From positions 24,053,966-24,117,965 of the forward strand of contig NC_083434.1 of the NCBI RefSeq assembly GCF_020745735.1: a DNA stretch of 64,000 nt, read 5' to 3'. This DNA comes from Hemiscyllium ocellatum. Lineage: Eukaryota. A program made the translations under genes and the position numbers. The notes beneath the pieces are model-generated. The model had not been told where the DNA came from, made no database searches, and saw only the letters and a program-made list of their open reading frames with translations. Shown here in pieces: positions 36,990-49,621 of the stretch (positions within the stretch are counted from its first letter, which is position 1; each line of letters starts with the position of its first letter).

Positions 36990-37820
36990 GATGCCCCGCC
37001 CTGGACCCCCTCCCCTCGCCCTCGAACCCCCCACCCTCGTCCCCCTCCGCCCCCTCGCCCTCGACCCCCTCTCCCTCATCCCTGCCCTCGCCTTTGCCAC
37101 CCCTGCTCTACCCCCCACTCGCCCCTGCCTCACACTCGCCCCCTTCCCATGCTTGCCCCACCCCCACTCACCTCTGCTCCACACTCGTCCCCTCCCCACA
37201 CTTGCCCCCACTCCCTCACCCCCTGCCCCACACTTGCCCCCAATCATCCCTTCCCCCCCACACGCCCTCGCCTTGGCCCATGTTTACCCTCCCTGCCCCC
37301 ACACTTACCCCCCCACTCCCTCCCCCCCCACTCCCTCCCCCCCCTCCCCCCCCCCCACTCCCTCCCTCCCCCCCCCCCCACTCCCTCTCCCCCCACTCCC
37401 TCCCCCCCACTCCCTCCCTCCCCCCCACTCCCTCCCTTCCCCCCCACTCCCTCCCTTCCCCCCCACTCCCTCCCTCCCCCCCACTCCCTCCCTCCCCCCC
37501 CCCACTCCCTCCCTCCCCCCCACTCCCTTTTCCCCCCCCACTCCCCCCCCCCCCCACTCCCTTTCCCCCCCCACTCCCTTTCCCCCCCCCACTCCCTTTT
37601 CCCCCCCCACTCCCTTTTCCCCCCCCACTCCCTTTCCCCCCCCCACTCCCTTTTCCCCCCCCACTCCCTTTTCCCCCCCCACTCCCTTTCCCCCCCACAC
37701 ACACTCCCTTTCCCCCCCCCACTCCCTTTCCCCCCCCCCCCCCCCCTCCCCCCCCCCCCCCCACTCCCTTTCCCCCCCCCCCACTCCCTTTCCCCCCCCC
37801 CCAACTCCCTTTCCCCCCCC
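36990..37820. repeat. C-rich low-complexity / ~18-bp tandem repeat (CCCCCCACTCCCTTTTC-like)
   Basis: Directly visible; no G on the + strand over ~37300-37820. Confidence 0.95.
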
Positions 37821-39639
37821 AGATCTGGTCCATGCAGGCTCATTGGTCCTCCGGTAACGCTGCCAAACAAAAGACCAAAGCTTCAGACTCCCATTGCATT
37901 TGTTTTTTTTCTTATTGGTAATGGGATCCCTCAATGTATCTGACTGGTGGATGCTGGTGGAGGGGGAGGGGGGGTGGGAAGGCAGCTGTTTGTCAAATTG
38001 CAAGTTCCAGGTTTCCATCTGAGGAGAGGCTGACTCTGACATTGCTAGTACAGACGCAGTTATGTAATGCTGCGGCTGATGGTCCTCCCTTCTGCTTTTG
38101 CAGTACGTAGAGCAGGTTGTTCAATCTAACTGATCGAGCAGTGTTTGGAAAGTTGGACACATTTTATTACTTTATTTAAAAAGAAAGGAAGGGTTTATAT
38201 GTTGACAGCCAACTATTTTTATGTCGCAACTTTCTCAACTTGGCGGTGCAACAAACCATTTTTGCGGAGCGAATTGGGTATCTAAATTTCATGTCCAATT
38301 GTCTCCTTCCCTTCTCTTGTCCCCCTTTTTTAAAAAAATTGAAAGAACTGATTTAAGGGGGAAAATCTGGAAAATCATGCAAATCCAACACAAGAAAACG
38401 TAATGGTCCAATTGTTGCCCACATTAAGTTTATTTAAATGCTGTGCCCTTGTCACAGACAAATTGGATGACTTGCCTCATTCAGTGCAGTGCGTTCACAA
38501 GCATACTAATCACAATTACATATTCATTATTTATGGCCCTTTGTTGTTTCTAACATTTCTCTAGGAAAAGGTGAAGGGGAAAATTGATTGTTGATTTTAG
38601 AGACTTCAGTTCAGAATGATGTTTTGATGGTCTCATTCACTTAAACCAATGACCCGTTTCTGTCCTAAATAAAACAAAATGCTTGAAAGATTCCTCCACC
38701 TCCTATCACTCTGAACTGGCCAAGCAATGAGCTAAATGTATACATCAACAAATCTTTCTTGTAAATTTTGTTAGGTAGAGGGTACTAAAATATGACGGAA
38801 GGGTTGTCTATTCTCATTAGCAAGTGACCATACTTGTGGGTATTGGGCTTGGTTTTCAATACCCTTCAGAGCTGTCTAACTGTCAGTACTTATAGGGTTC
38901 AGACAAAGAATGGCACTTGGTAAACTAGTTTAGGACAGTTGGAGCATTATTCCCCAGATATTTGGGGAGTGGACATGATCATCATGAGCTGGGAAAGAAG
39001 ATATATTGCATAAATTCAGTGACCAAATATTTGAAATATCATGAGACCTTGCTGTAAAACAATGTTTTAAATTATCTAACCTTGTCATTTGCTCATTGTT
39101 TTGTGGGTGGCTATGAAATAATAGGATGGATCTATACTGAAGAATAATGGTATTGCTTTATCTTGATTGCACTTCAATGTTACTAAGTACCTAAACTACG
39201 ACAAATTTTGCTGCACAAGTTATTCACGGTGGTTCAAAATGTAGACCCCTTGAACAAACTATGACTCTGGCTCTCTGAAAGTGCTATTTCTGCTCGATTT
39301 CATTTTCTTATTTTCTGAATGTTTAATTTTCAAATATTTATTCATGTCCCTTTTTTTAAAAAACTATAATTAGGGATTCTTGTTCACAGTTAGTAATAGG
39401 CCAGTCCATGTTGGAGCAATCCTTGTTTTTTTTTAAAAAAAGGCATTCTGATAACTAGTCTTATTATCTGACGTGCTGGCAATATTTTATGAAATGATGA
39501 AACACTGTATTGGACTAGGATCTGGAATTTTATGTTATGTAACAAATTAATGATTGCACTGAAGAAAAGAAGCAGTAAATGTCAGTAAATTAAAACTTTC
39601 TTTTGCAAGGCCAGTTATATGTTCTGGATGTAGGAACAT

Positions 39640-39832
39640 TTCCACAGGAAATGACATCACCAACACAACCCAAACATAAATAGAAAGCAGGAATCATGTA
39701 CAGTGCTTCGTCTGGAGGCCCACTGAAGATGTTACCTAGTTTGGTGATGAAATGTCTGGAAATGAAGCTTCCAGCTCAGCGAGCAAACCTACATCCAGAA
39801 CCTCAATCTGAGCTACAAATCTTCTCAAAACT
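39640..39832 (+). mobile_element. Penelope-like 3' terminal fragment (family 2) with CpG-decayed hammerhead
   Basis: CCA CTGAAGA T GTTACC tagttt GGTGAT GAAAT GTC TGG at 39720-39759. Confidence 0.65.
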
Positions 39833-40069
39833 TCTTGAAAGTGGAATCGCAGGTAGATAGGATAGTGAAGAAGGCATTTGGTATGCTTTCCAGTATTGGC
39901 CAGAGCGTTGAGTAAGGAGTTGGAAGGTCATATAGCGTCTTTGTAGGACACTGGTTATAACTATGCCTAACTGAATCCTTTGTAACTGATGTTACTGGTA
40001 TAGACACTATTAATTTTCTAAACACAATTTTTTCTCTTCAGTAAAAAAAAAATCAAGAACACCAAACAA

Positions 40070-41250
40070 AAAGGATTGATGAGGGCAGAGCAGTAGGCAT
40101 GATCTATATGCAATTCAGAAAGGTGTTCAACAAGGTTCCTCATGGGAGACTGGTTAACAAGGTTAGATCTCATGGAATACAGGGAGAACTAGTCTTTTTT
40201 TTACAGAACTGGCTTGAAAGTAGAAGACAGAGTGGTGGTGGCAGGTTGCTTTTCAGACTGGAGGCCTGTGATTGGTGGTGTTCCACAAGGGTCGGTGTTG
40301 GGTTCACTGCTTTTTGTCATTTTATATAAATGGTTTTGGATGTGAACAGAAGAGCTACAGTTAGTAAGTTTGCAGATGACACCAAAATTGGAGGTGTAGT
40401 GGACAGCGAAGAAGGTTACCTCAGATTACAATGAGATCTTGATCAGATGGGCCAATGGGCTGAGAAGTGGCAGATGGAATTTAATTTAGAAAAATGCAAG
40501 CTGCTGCATTTTGGAAAAGAAAGTCAGAGCAGAGCTTATAACCTTAATGGTAAGGTCCTGGGGAGTATTGCTGAACAGAGAGCTTGGAGCGCAGGTTCAT
40601 AATTCCTTGAAAGTGGAATCGCAGGTAGATAGGATAGTGAAGAAGGCATTTGGTATGCTTTCCAATATTGGCCAGAGCATTGAGTAAGGAGTTGGAAGGT
40701 CATATAGCGTCTTTGTAGGACATTGGTTAGGCCACTTTTGGAATACCGCATGCAATTCTGGTTTCCTTCCTATTAGTAAGATGTTCTGAAACTTAAACGG
40801 GTTCAGGAAAGATTTGCAAGGATGTTGCCATGGTTAGAGGATTTGAGCTGTAGGGAGAGGCTAAATAGGCTGGAGCTGTTTTCCTTGTAACGCCAGAGGC
40901 TGAGGGGTGACTTTTATAGAGGTTTATAAAATCATGAGGAGCATGGGTAGGATAAATCCTGGTGGTGGAGTCCAGAACTAGAGGGCATAGGTTTAGGGTG
41001 AGAGGGAAAAGATAAAAGGGATCTAAGGGGCAATGTTTTCACACACACAGTGATGCATTTATGGAATGAGCTGCCAGAGGAAGTGTTGGAGGCTGGTACA
41101 ATTATAGCATCTGAATGCGTATATGAATAGGAAAGGTTTAAAGAGATATTGGCCAAGTGCTGGCAAATGGGACTAGATTAGGTTAGGATATCAGGTTGGC
41201 GAGTTGGACCGAAGGGTCTGTTTCTGTGCTGTACATCTCTAACTCTATAT
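40070..41250 (+). mobile_element. CR1 LINE RT-to-tail fragment
   Basis: FRKVFNKVPHGRL, VPQGSVLG, SKFADDTK; tail ...ctgtacatctctaactct. Confidence 0.88.
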
Positions 41251-41580
41251 TCAGATATATTATGTTTGGGGTTGGTGCTAACAGAAAATATTTTCTTCTT
41301 AGCATTACTGTAGTTCTGAAATAATTCTTAGATATGGATGACCAATCTAGTTTTAATGAAAAGCCTAACTCTCATGGATCATTAATGTTTAACAGAACGC
41401 TATGGCAGACTTTGAAATATAAACCCTGTGATTAACTGGATTAAATCCACTCAACTTTTTTTTTCTGGTCATTGCTCTAATAAAAGTATAACCTGTGTAT
41501 TTCTATTTTCTTCTATTGTGTTCCTGTTAATTCAGAGGTTGAAGATAGTTTTTAGAGTAGGACTGATCGAATTTTCCTAT

Positions 41581-41902
41581 TAGATTTTAGATTAGATTAG
41601 ACTTACAGTGTGGAAACAGGCCCTTCGGCCCAACAAGTCCACACCGACCCGCCGAAGCGCAACCCACCCATACCCCTACATTTACCCCTTACCTAACACT
41701 ACGGGCAATTTTAGCTTGGCCAATTCACCTGACCCGCACATCTTTGGACTGTGGGAGGAAACCGGAGCACCCGGAGGAAACCCACGCAGACACGGGGAGA
41801 ACGTGCAAACTCCACACAGTCAGTAGCCTGAGTCGGGAATTGAACCCGGGTCTACAGGCGCTGTGAGGCAGCAATGCTAACCACTGTGCCACCGTGCCGC
41901 CC
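41581..41902 (-). mobile_element. tRNA-derived SINE (HE1-like), young copy
   Basis: Reverse complement of the 4406-4720 family; TAGAT repeats at the tail. Confidence 0.9.
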
Positions 41903-44089
41903 AAATTTGTAGAGTAAGTTGAAATACTGCACTGACCTTAGCTTACCCCTGAATCTTCACCATTGCCAAGACTGTTACCCTGTTACAAAATCTGCCCCCT
42001 CACTATCTTTGCTGCTTGAAACCATTATACATGTCTTTGTCATTCCAGACTTGTCCACGTCCAGTGCTTTCATTAGCCTCCCATCATTCATCTTCTGTAA
42101 ACTTGCAGAAGCACCAATCCCTGTATGTCCCAACTCTGTCTGACCTGCACTGACTCCCAGGTCCTCAGTTCCTCAGGTTTAAAATAATCTTTTGTATCCC
42201 CCATGACCTCGTCCCAACCTGCCAATATTTCTCACCTGCATCTCTTCAACTCACTTAAATTTCTGTTAATGCTGACATTCTCAGCCCTCTTTGCCCTTTT
42301 ATTTGGTGGCAGATACTTTGGTTTTATTTGCTTCTCCTTTGAATTCCCTACCTAAACCTCTCTGTACTCTCCTTTTAAATTTGTCCACCAGCTCAGTCTC
42401 TTGGGCAGGGACTTTGATTAGTGCTCCTAGTGTACCTTTCCTGGCTCGCAGTTTTTCATATTCCTGTGTAAAATGGCTAAGGATACTGTGTTCATGTAAA
42501 TTGCTGGTTTATTTCATTGTACTGAATTAGTTGTAATGTTTACGTAGATGAGCTCACATAAGGCAGACTATGTCACTTTCTAGGTAATAAATTCTAATCT
42601 TTAATTGGTATTTTGACTAGTTCTCATAGTGACAGAGAGGGGCAAAAATCTTTTTTTGTTGTTTTAAGATTACAGCTGAAAGATGTTATGTTGCTAGAGC
42701 AAGTGGGATTTGAACCCAGGCCTTCCTGGTTCACAGGTAGGGACACTGCCATTGCATCACAAGTACTCTGAGAATCATTCATTAGTTGTGTCCAGTCAGT
42801 GGAAACACCTTGTTGATGTTCTCAGTGAGATTCACACCATCAGAAGGCAGCCAACAAAGCTATATTGAACATGTTTCAGGGAAAATATTTTACTCCAGGT
42901 GGGATAAGTAGCTTTTTAAAAAAGAGCACTATGTAAAACAGATGTTCTTAGTTGCCCTGGTTATCTGTTCTGTTTTACAGTGACTGAAGGGCACTTCATC
43001 TGTATACACTTGTTCTATGCACTGAAACACAATTATGTCATGCCTCTATGTGCAATGGGAAGGCTATGGACATGTGTGTAAGTGACAGGGCAGTGGAGTT
43101 TCTAAAAAGATTTTCAGAGCCATTTTTAGATCACAGAATTATCGATAAAAATAAAAGTTGGAAGTGCATAGGTGATTTTCATGGAATTGTTAAAAGTTCA
43201 ACAACCAAGAATGCCATTTAGTTTACAATGTTGGTTCCATTTCCAGAATTACAATAACCTCAGAGCTTTGTATATTCCTATGCCTCGAATGTTTAATGGT
43301 CAGTTTTTCCTTTTAAAGATTCAATGCTGTGTTTCAACTGCTTCCCGTGTTTTGTGGTTGTTCTTTTGTGTTTAATGACTTGGCTATCTAGCCCTTAATT
43401 TGTTGTTTTCTGTCATGTCTCATCAATGAGAGAATGCACCATGTAACTTGACTTTCATTTTAAATAAGCACATCTGAGTCATCATTTCAGTCTGGTTTTA
43501 TGAGCCCTTTTGACTCTTATCATCTAGGATTAATACTTCTAGAGGATCGAAAGAACTGGGATTGAAATCCCTTCATGGTACCGATTATAATTCATATATA
43601 TGTTATTATTTTAAGCTTTGAAAAATATTATTTTGGTTAGGAGAAACTTGATATGACCATCTGTTGTAGACATTCATGAATTTGTGATAGTTTTTGGTGG
43701 TCTGCAAATGCTGTGTATAATCTGACAATGATTGAATCCTTGGTACACAAACCAAGTAGCAGATTTTGTTTCAGGGGTTTTATAAAACACTTTTTAACAG
43801 ATACCTACACAAGCCCTTTTTTTTGTGAATGAGTAGCTGAGTGACATCAAATTAGAATTTTTGGCAAATGATAATTGTCACAAACCTTTTTCAGGATCAG
43901 AAACATTTTAATTGATACGAATAACACTTAGGGAAGCAAACTCTTGGAACTGTATTTCTGTTCATGATTTCTTAGACAACTGAACTTATTCATTTGCCTG
44001 TTCTATAATCTCTGATCTTCTAGTTCCTAACTTGCTTCATCCTGATGTCAACTCCATATATGCAATGTCATTAATCACAGTGAAACAAT

Positions 44090-44670
44090 GGAACATTTCT
44101 TAAATGGTGAGAGATCGGCAAGTGTTGATGTCTGAAGCGACTTAGTATCCATTTTACAAGTCACCAAAAACCGCATGTAGAAGCAGCAGGGTATACGGAA
44201 GGCAAATGGTATGTGAGCCTTTATTGTGAGAGATTTCAGTACAGGAACAGAGTAGTCTTGCTTCAGTTGTATTGACACTCTACTGTTGTTTTATGTGCTG
44301 TTCTTGCCCCTATGTGCAGTTCTATGATATGCTTTCCATAAAGAAAATGTAGCGGAGGTTCATCACTGTCTAAGATGATGGAACTGTCTTGTCAGTAGAC
44401 ATTGAGGCAAATTGGCCTGTATTCTCTCATATTTATTCGTCATTTAGGAGTTGAATGAGGAAGACGGTCTTCACCTGAAAATTGGTGGACCTTTAGAATT
44501 CTCTACCCTCAAGTGGAAGCTCGTCATTAAAGTAAATTCAGGACAGAGATTGACGGATTTAGAATTCCTGTTGACATCGAGATATGGGAAGGTGGCATCG
44601 AGTTTGATCGTTAGCCCATGATTGAGAATGGCAGGGAAGGTTTGAGCACTGAATGGCCAACTGCTGTGTT
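44090..44670 (+). mobile_element. Old CR1 LINE 3' remnant
   Basis: Degenerate similarity to 15260-16085. Confidence 0.55.
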
Positions 44671-45084
44671 CCAAATGGGGAAGGAGATCACTTGACAAAG
44701 AAAGTTGATCTCTTTTTCTTTTATATGACATGATGTAATGGACCATTTTCTCCGGCCCAAATTACGTTAAATCCAACTTACCTCCCACTCTGCATCACTG
44801 TTCTTTTTATTTTTGTGGAAACTTTATAAATTTGGACAGATTAAAGGGAATGATATTAGGGATGTGTTCTTTAAAATACTGCCATGTTTTGATAAGATAT
44901 GTAATTCCTTTTTGCTAGTTCATGCGTCTGTAATAATTCAGAATCGCCCTGTTTCCATGCTGTAAATATCTGACTATGATTTTCAGGGTTTTTCTGAATT
45001 ATTGATTTTTCAGATATCCACTCTCACTTTTCTATATGTTAATGCTAACTTGTACACATCTTGGCTTACATCAATATTCAATCC

Positions 45085-46085
45085 AGTACATCACTGCCTT
45101 GATCCAGACGCGGACAAAAGAATTAATGAGGAGTGGGAGTGACTTGGCATCAAGCAGCATTCGACCAAGTATGGCATCAAGGAGCCCCAGAAAAACTGAA
45201 GTTAATGGTAATCAAGTGGGAAATCTCTACTGGGTGGAGTCATACTTAGTCCAAAGGAAGATAGTTCTGGTTCTTGGAGGTGAAATGTTACAGTCGCAGG
45301 ATATAGCTGCAGGAGTTCCTCGGGTTAGATACCTCGGAGCAGGTGGGACTTGAATCTGGGTATCCTGGTCTGGGCTGGATACACTACCGCTGCACCACAA
45401 GAGCTCGAGTCCTTTCAAATAATGTCCGATGACAAACTGACCTCAATTGCTTTATTAAAGACCTTCCTTCCATCTCGAAAGTCAGAAGTGGGAATGCTCT
45501 GTAATGATTGCAAAATGCTTAGCACCATTCACAATTTCTCAGATACTGAAGGCCATTTGGTACAAAAGCTTTGCACCATCCATATTAGAGGCTGATAAAA
45601 TGTGAGCAACATTTTGTCACAGTGCTAGGCAATGATCACCTCAAAAAAGGATGTGAGGATGGTGAGATTGAAATTCACAATGCCATGGTCACCATCAATA
45701 TCTGGGCTATAGTACTGATTAGAAACTGAACTGGACCAGCAATATAAATAGTAAAGCAACCAGAACTGGCCAGATCCTAGGAGTTCTTTGTGAGTAACAT
45801 GCTTGCTAACTGCAGAAAGCACAAATCAGTAGCATGATTGAATGCTCTTCAGTTGCTCTGTCATCAATACATAAAAGTGGCACTGTGTATCATGACAGCA
45901 CATGCATGAGAGCACCATGCCATTTGCACATTTTTCGCTGTGTCAAATACACTCCTCACTTGGAACTTCCGAAAAGCGTTGTTTGTGCACTTATCCCTTG
46001 TGGACTGTAGTTCAAGAAAATTGATTATTTGAGGACAGTTAGGGATGGATAATATATACAAGCTGAACTTATTTACAATCTCTGC
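45085..46085 (+). mobile_element. Old CR1/L2-type LINE remnant containing a short tRNA-like insert (~45335-45402)
   Basis: Degenerate DIKAAFDQVWHQG / AGVP motifs; tail related to 60200-60720 (-). Confidence 0.55.
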
Positions 46086-47749
46086 ACAAAGATTTGAGAT
46101 AAAGATATCCCCTATGGAAGAAAGAGTCATAGTATAGTAGGCTCGTGCATTGAGTAAGTGACGAAAGGTCTAAAATCTTTTACAGCATTGAATTATGATT
46201 ACTCTTTGGGATAAAGTAATCTGAAGAAACAACTCGGTGTCCCATTATCTGCTTGGTGTGGCAAATTCTTACGCTCACTCTGTGTCCTCAAGTATTTATG
46301 CAAAAAGAGAATGTGTACAGTTTATGCTGAACTACTTGAAGGAAGTGAATATCCAAACCCCACTGAGCAAGGAACAGATTTTTTTGGAAATTAAAAGTTT
46401 CAAGGGGAAATGGAATTGGTAGTTGCAGGTGGCAAGAGACATTAGTACTTAGGGGTGCTTGTATTCAACCTGAGGATCATCTTTGTTCTGATTTGTGAGT
46501 TTCACGGTTAGTATATTAAACGCTTTGTTCGTTAAGCAGTGCATTTTAACAAAATGGGAGTTGATGCAGTGTTTGTTGGGTTGATGTACATAGGGGCGTT
46601 ACCTAGGGTGAGTAGTTCATCAGCATGTTCCTCATGTTGAACTTAGTCGGTGAGGTTTCATTTGACAAGGTTCATGTACTATGTAGGAAAAGGGCTGAGG
46701 AGGATGAGAACACAATTTAGTAAGAAAATGAACATGGGGAACAGATCACTCAATTGAACTTTGACAGACACAGTGGCTGGAAATGAATAAAAAAGGGATT
46801 ATATTCATCTGCATGACTAGTACAGTTGCAGAGGAAATGGTCAACAAAACCCAATTGAGTAATTTTAGTTGGGGCCCATATTTCAGTCTGAGCCTCCGGC
46901 TTGAGGCAAGAGTAATTTGCTCCGGAAGGATGTCCAGGAATTCCTAACAGTGTGTAGACTTTTTAAAATGAGAATAGTTATCCTGATAGGGTAGTGGCTT
47001 GAACAGATTTGCAATATTTAGATCATTAAATTGTGTGCTTTGTGCAATTTGTCAATTTGGATTTGGTGACTTCCACAACAAAAGTTGAGTGATTTGATTA
47101 TTTATCCTCAATTATTACCCACTAACTAAATTACACTGTATCTGTTCGTGTTTAGATAGCTGGTCATTTTAACTTCTGTGTTTATGTTTGCTTTGGTGCT
47201 TGTAAAACAATAGATCCCTCACCAATCCCTTCACAAATGCCTGGAAGAAATACTGCATGACGCTGTACTAGTTTTACTTTGTCCTTTTTCCAGTGCTGTC
47301 AAAACTGTGTTAAACAACACTACTAACTGTTTCCTGACTAATATTAGGTAAGGTAACGCCCCTATTGATATCAACCCTGCACTTCATTGTAAACTATACC
47401 ATAAGAGATTTGTTAGTTTATAATTAATCAATTGTGTTTGTTTTGAAGAAGTCAGTGTCTGTTCTGCAGGAACCGCTCACAAAACCTTGGAGCCCCCATA
47501 GCTACCAAATTCAGAAACATTCCAATGAGCAAGATGCTTGTTTCCTTGTCAGTGTTATTGAAATTCAATTTTGCTGAATCCCAAACTTTTTTTAAGCACA
47601 AGGTGCCAGTATTCAGTGTAATTGATTTTGCTTTATCTAGCAAACACTTAGCTTCCCAGTCAACCTGGCAGCATTCCACAAATGGGGACCAGAAAACATC
47701 TCCCATGTCTGGTCTGCTTTTGTATCCATTTAAAAGAACACCTGAGAGG

Positions 47750-49620
47750 AGACTCTTAGTTTCTCTACAAGGAAACAACAAGACTAGTTACAAACAACCA
47801 TGAAATTCCAGACCTACTAAATCACTAACTCATGGATTTCTTGAATGGGAAGCAGAGCTAAAATGTAAGCTAAAGGTCTATAGACAAAATTAATGTCCAA
47901 CAAAAAACTTGTGACCAAAAGAATAGATGATGGCTGGAAAAAGCACAAGAAATCCAGCTATTCATTGACAGCAATGCCATCAGTGAATTCTTCATATTTC
48001 AAACTGTCTACTGCCAAAGTATTCAATCTACTCCATTGAGAGCTAAGAATGTGGTGACACTCAGAAGACAGAGAAGCAGTCAGTGCTTCTGGAGGATGTT
48101 CTGGGAAGAGCTCCTCAACTGAGACTTGATTGTTGACATGACAGTCCGTGACCTTGTTCCTTTGTGTTTTACCTGCACCATCTCAGTATTAACTCCATAA
48201 GGTTGAAAAGATCATCTAACAGCTGACGGAATCCATGTGAAATGTGAAAAAAGAACTTGAGAAGCACTTTTGGCACAAATACATGACTCCCTGTCTCTCA
48301 TCTGGAATGAGGAGGATGTGACTGGAGATCTGACAGTCTGTGTTTGTGAAAAGTTTGAAGAAATTAGACCAGGTTGACTGGTGGAAACTACAGTGGGATT
48401 TCCCTGCTGTCCATCAGAGGGAATGTCATTGGAAGAGTCCTTTTCAATCAAGTCCCTCTTATGACTGAAGAGTCGTAATGTGGATTCCACATATCAAGAA
48501 GCACAGTTAATATGATTATCACAGCAAGACAAGCCCAGAAAGCTCTACTTGGTTCTCTGATTTTACAAAGATCTTCAACTGAATCAACCTGAAGGGATTG
48601 CGTTTTATTCTAAAATTTTTTGTGCTGCAGAAATTCATCACTGTTCTCTGCCTGTTGCATGATGATGTGCAAGCCAATGGATCTACAACAGAGTCAATAT
48701 GGGTATAAACCTGGCTTTGAGCAAGGCTGTGTCATTGCACAAGTGTGCTTCTCCATCTTCCTTGCTACAATACCTCCCACCCCATCTCCAAAAGGCTTCC
48801 TGCTGGAGTGGAGTTAATCTACAGGATAGTGGAGGGATTGTTCAATGTATGTCACCACAAGTTAAGAACCAAGACAAGCCAACACCTGTCATCAAGCTGC
48901 AGATTTCAGATTAGGTTCGGGTACATGCACACTCTGAAGCTGCGCTCCAAACTCTTGTTGATGCATTCACACAGGGAAATGAGGGAAATGGCCTTAAGCT
49001 AAACATCATAAAGGCGAAGGTCCTCTACCAATTGTTCCTGCTATACAGCGCAGCCCCTCCACCCAACAGAGTTTGGTAAGAGACAGTGTGGGTCAATTCT
49101 GATGCTTTGGGAGCCTCCTTTTCACCATAGTCAGACATGATAATGAAATTTAACATCATCTCGAGCAAGCCAGTGTATACTTTGACAGAATGTTTGATGA
49201 CAACAGACTTCAGACCTGGCACTAAACTCAACACAGGGCAACAGTGTGACTTGCTGTTTTGAGGCCATCAGAATATCTGAGTTTAGTAGACTTGACCACC
49301 TTAATCTCAGATCTTGCCCTCCTAATGCATTTGAGACATGACAATGTACAGCAACACCTTGATTACATAGAAATATTGCCAGCGATGCCTCTGCAAAATT
49401 TTGGAAATCTATTGGCGGGATAGGCACTCCACTATTCATCCCGGTTCTCAGGCCCCCCAACCCTAGTATCAAGGCTTTGGTTGTGGTCAGTCAAAATGCT
49501 TGACAAAAGACTTTCAAAATCAGCTCTCTACTCTGAGTACATTCATGGTAATCGTTATTGGGCGAGACAGAGGAAACAGTTCCAGGACTTTCTTGAAGCC
49601 TTCAGGAAAGTGTACTGTTC
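47750..49620 (+). mobile_element. Degenerate RTE-clade LINE
   Basis: GFEQGCVIAQVCFSIFL motif; colinear with 5930-6640. Confidence 0.6.
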
Positions 49621-49621
49621 C

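Noticed and set aside
36953-38042. Long poly-Pro / poly-Gly ORFs (205-322 aa) in six frames
   Set aside because: They arise from a stop-free C-rich tandem repeat inside MTURN intron 1; open in all frames, with no domain content
38059-39543. Perfect PAR-bZIP D-boxes (GTTATGTAAT at 38059, GTTATGTAAC at 39534, also 16137) together with the promoter E-box, suggesting circadian control of MTURN
   Set aside because: A rough estimate gives about 2 RTTAYGTAAY hits by chance in 64 kb of AT-rich DNA; no conservation evidence is available
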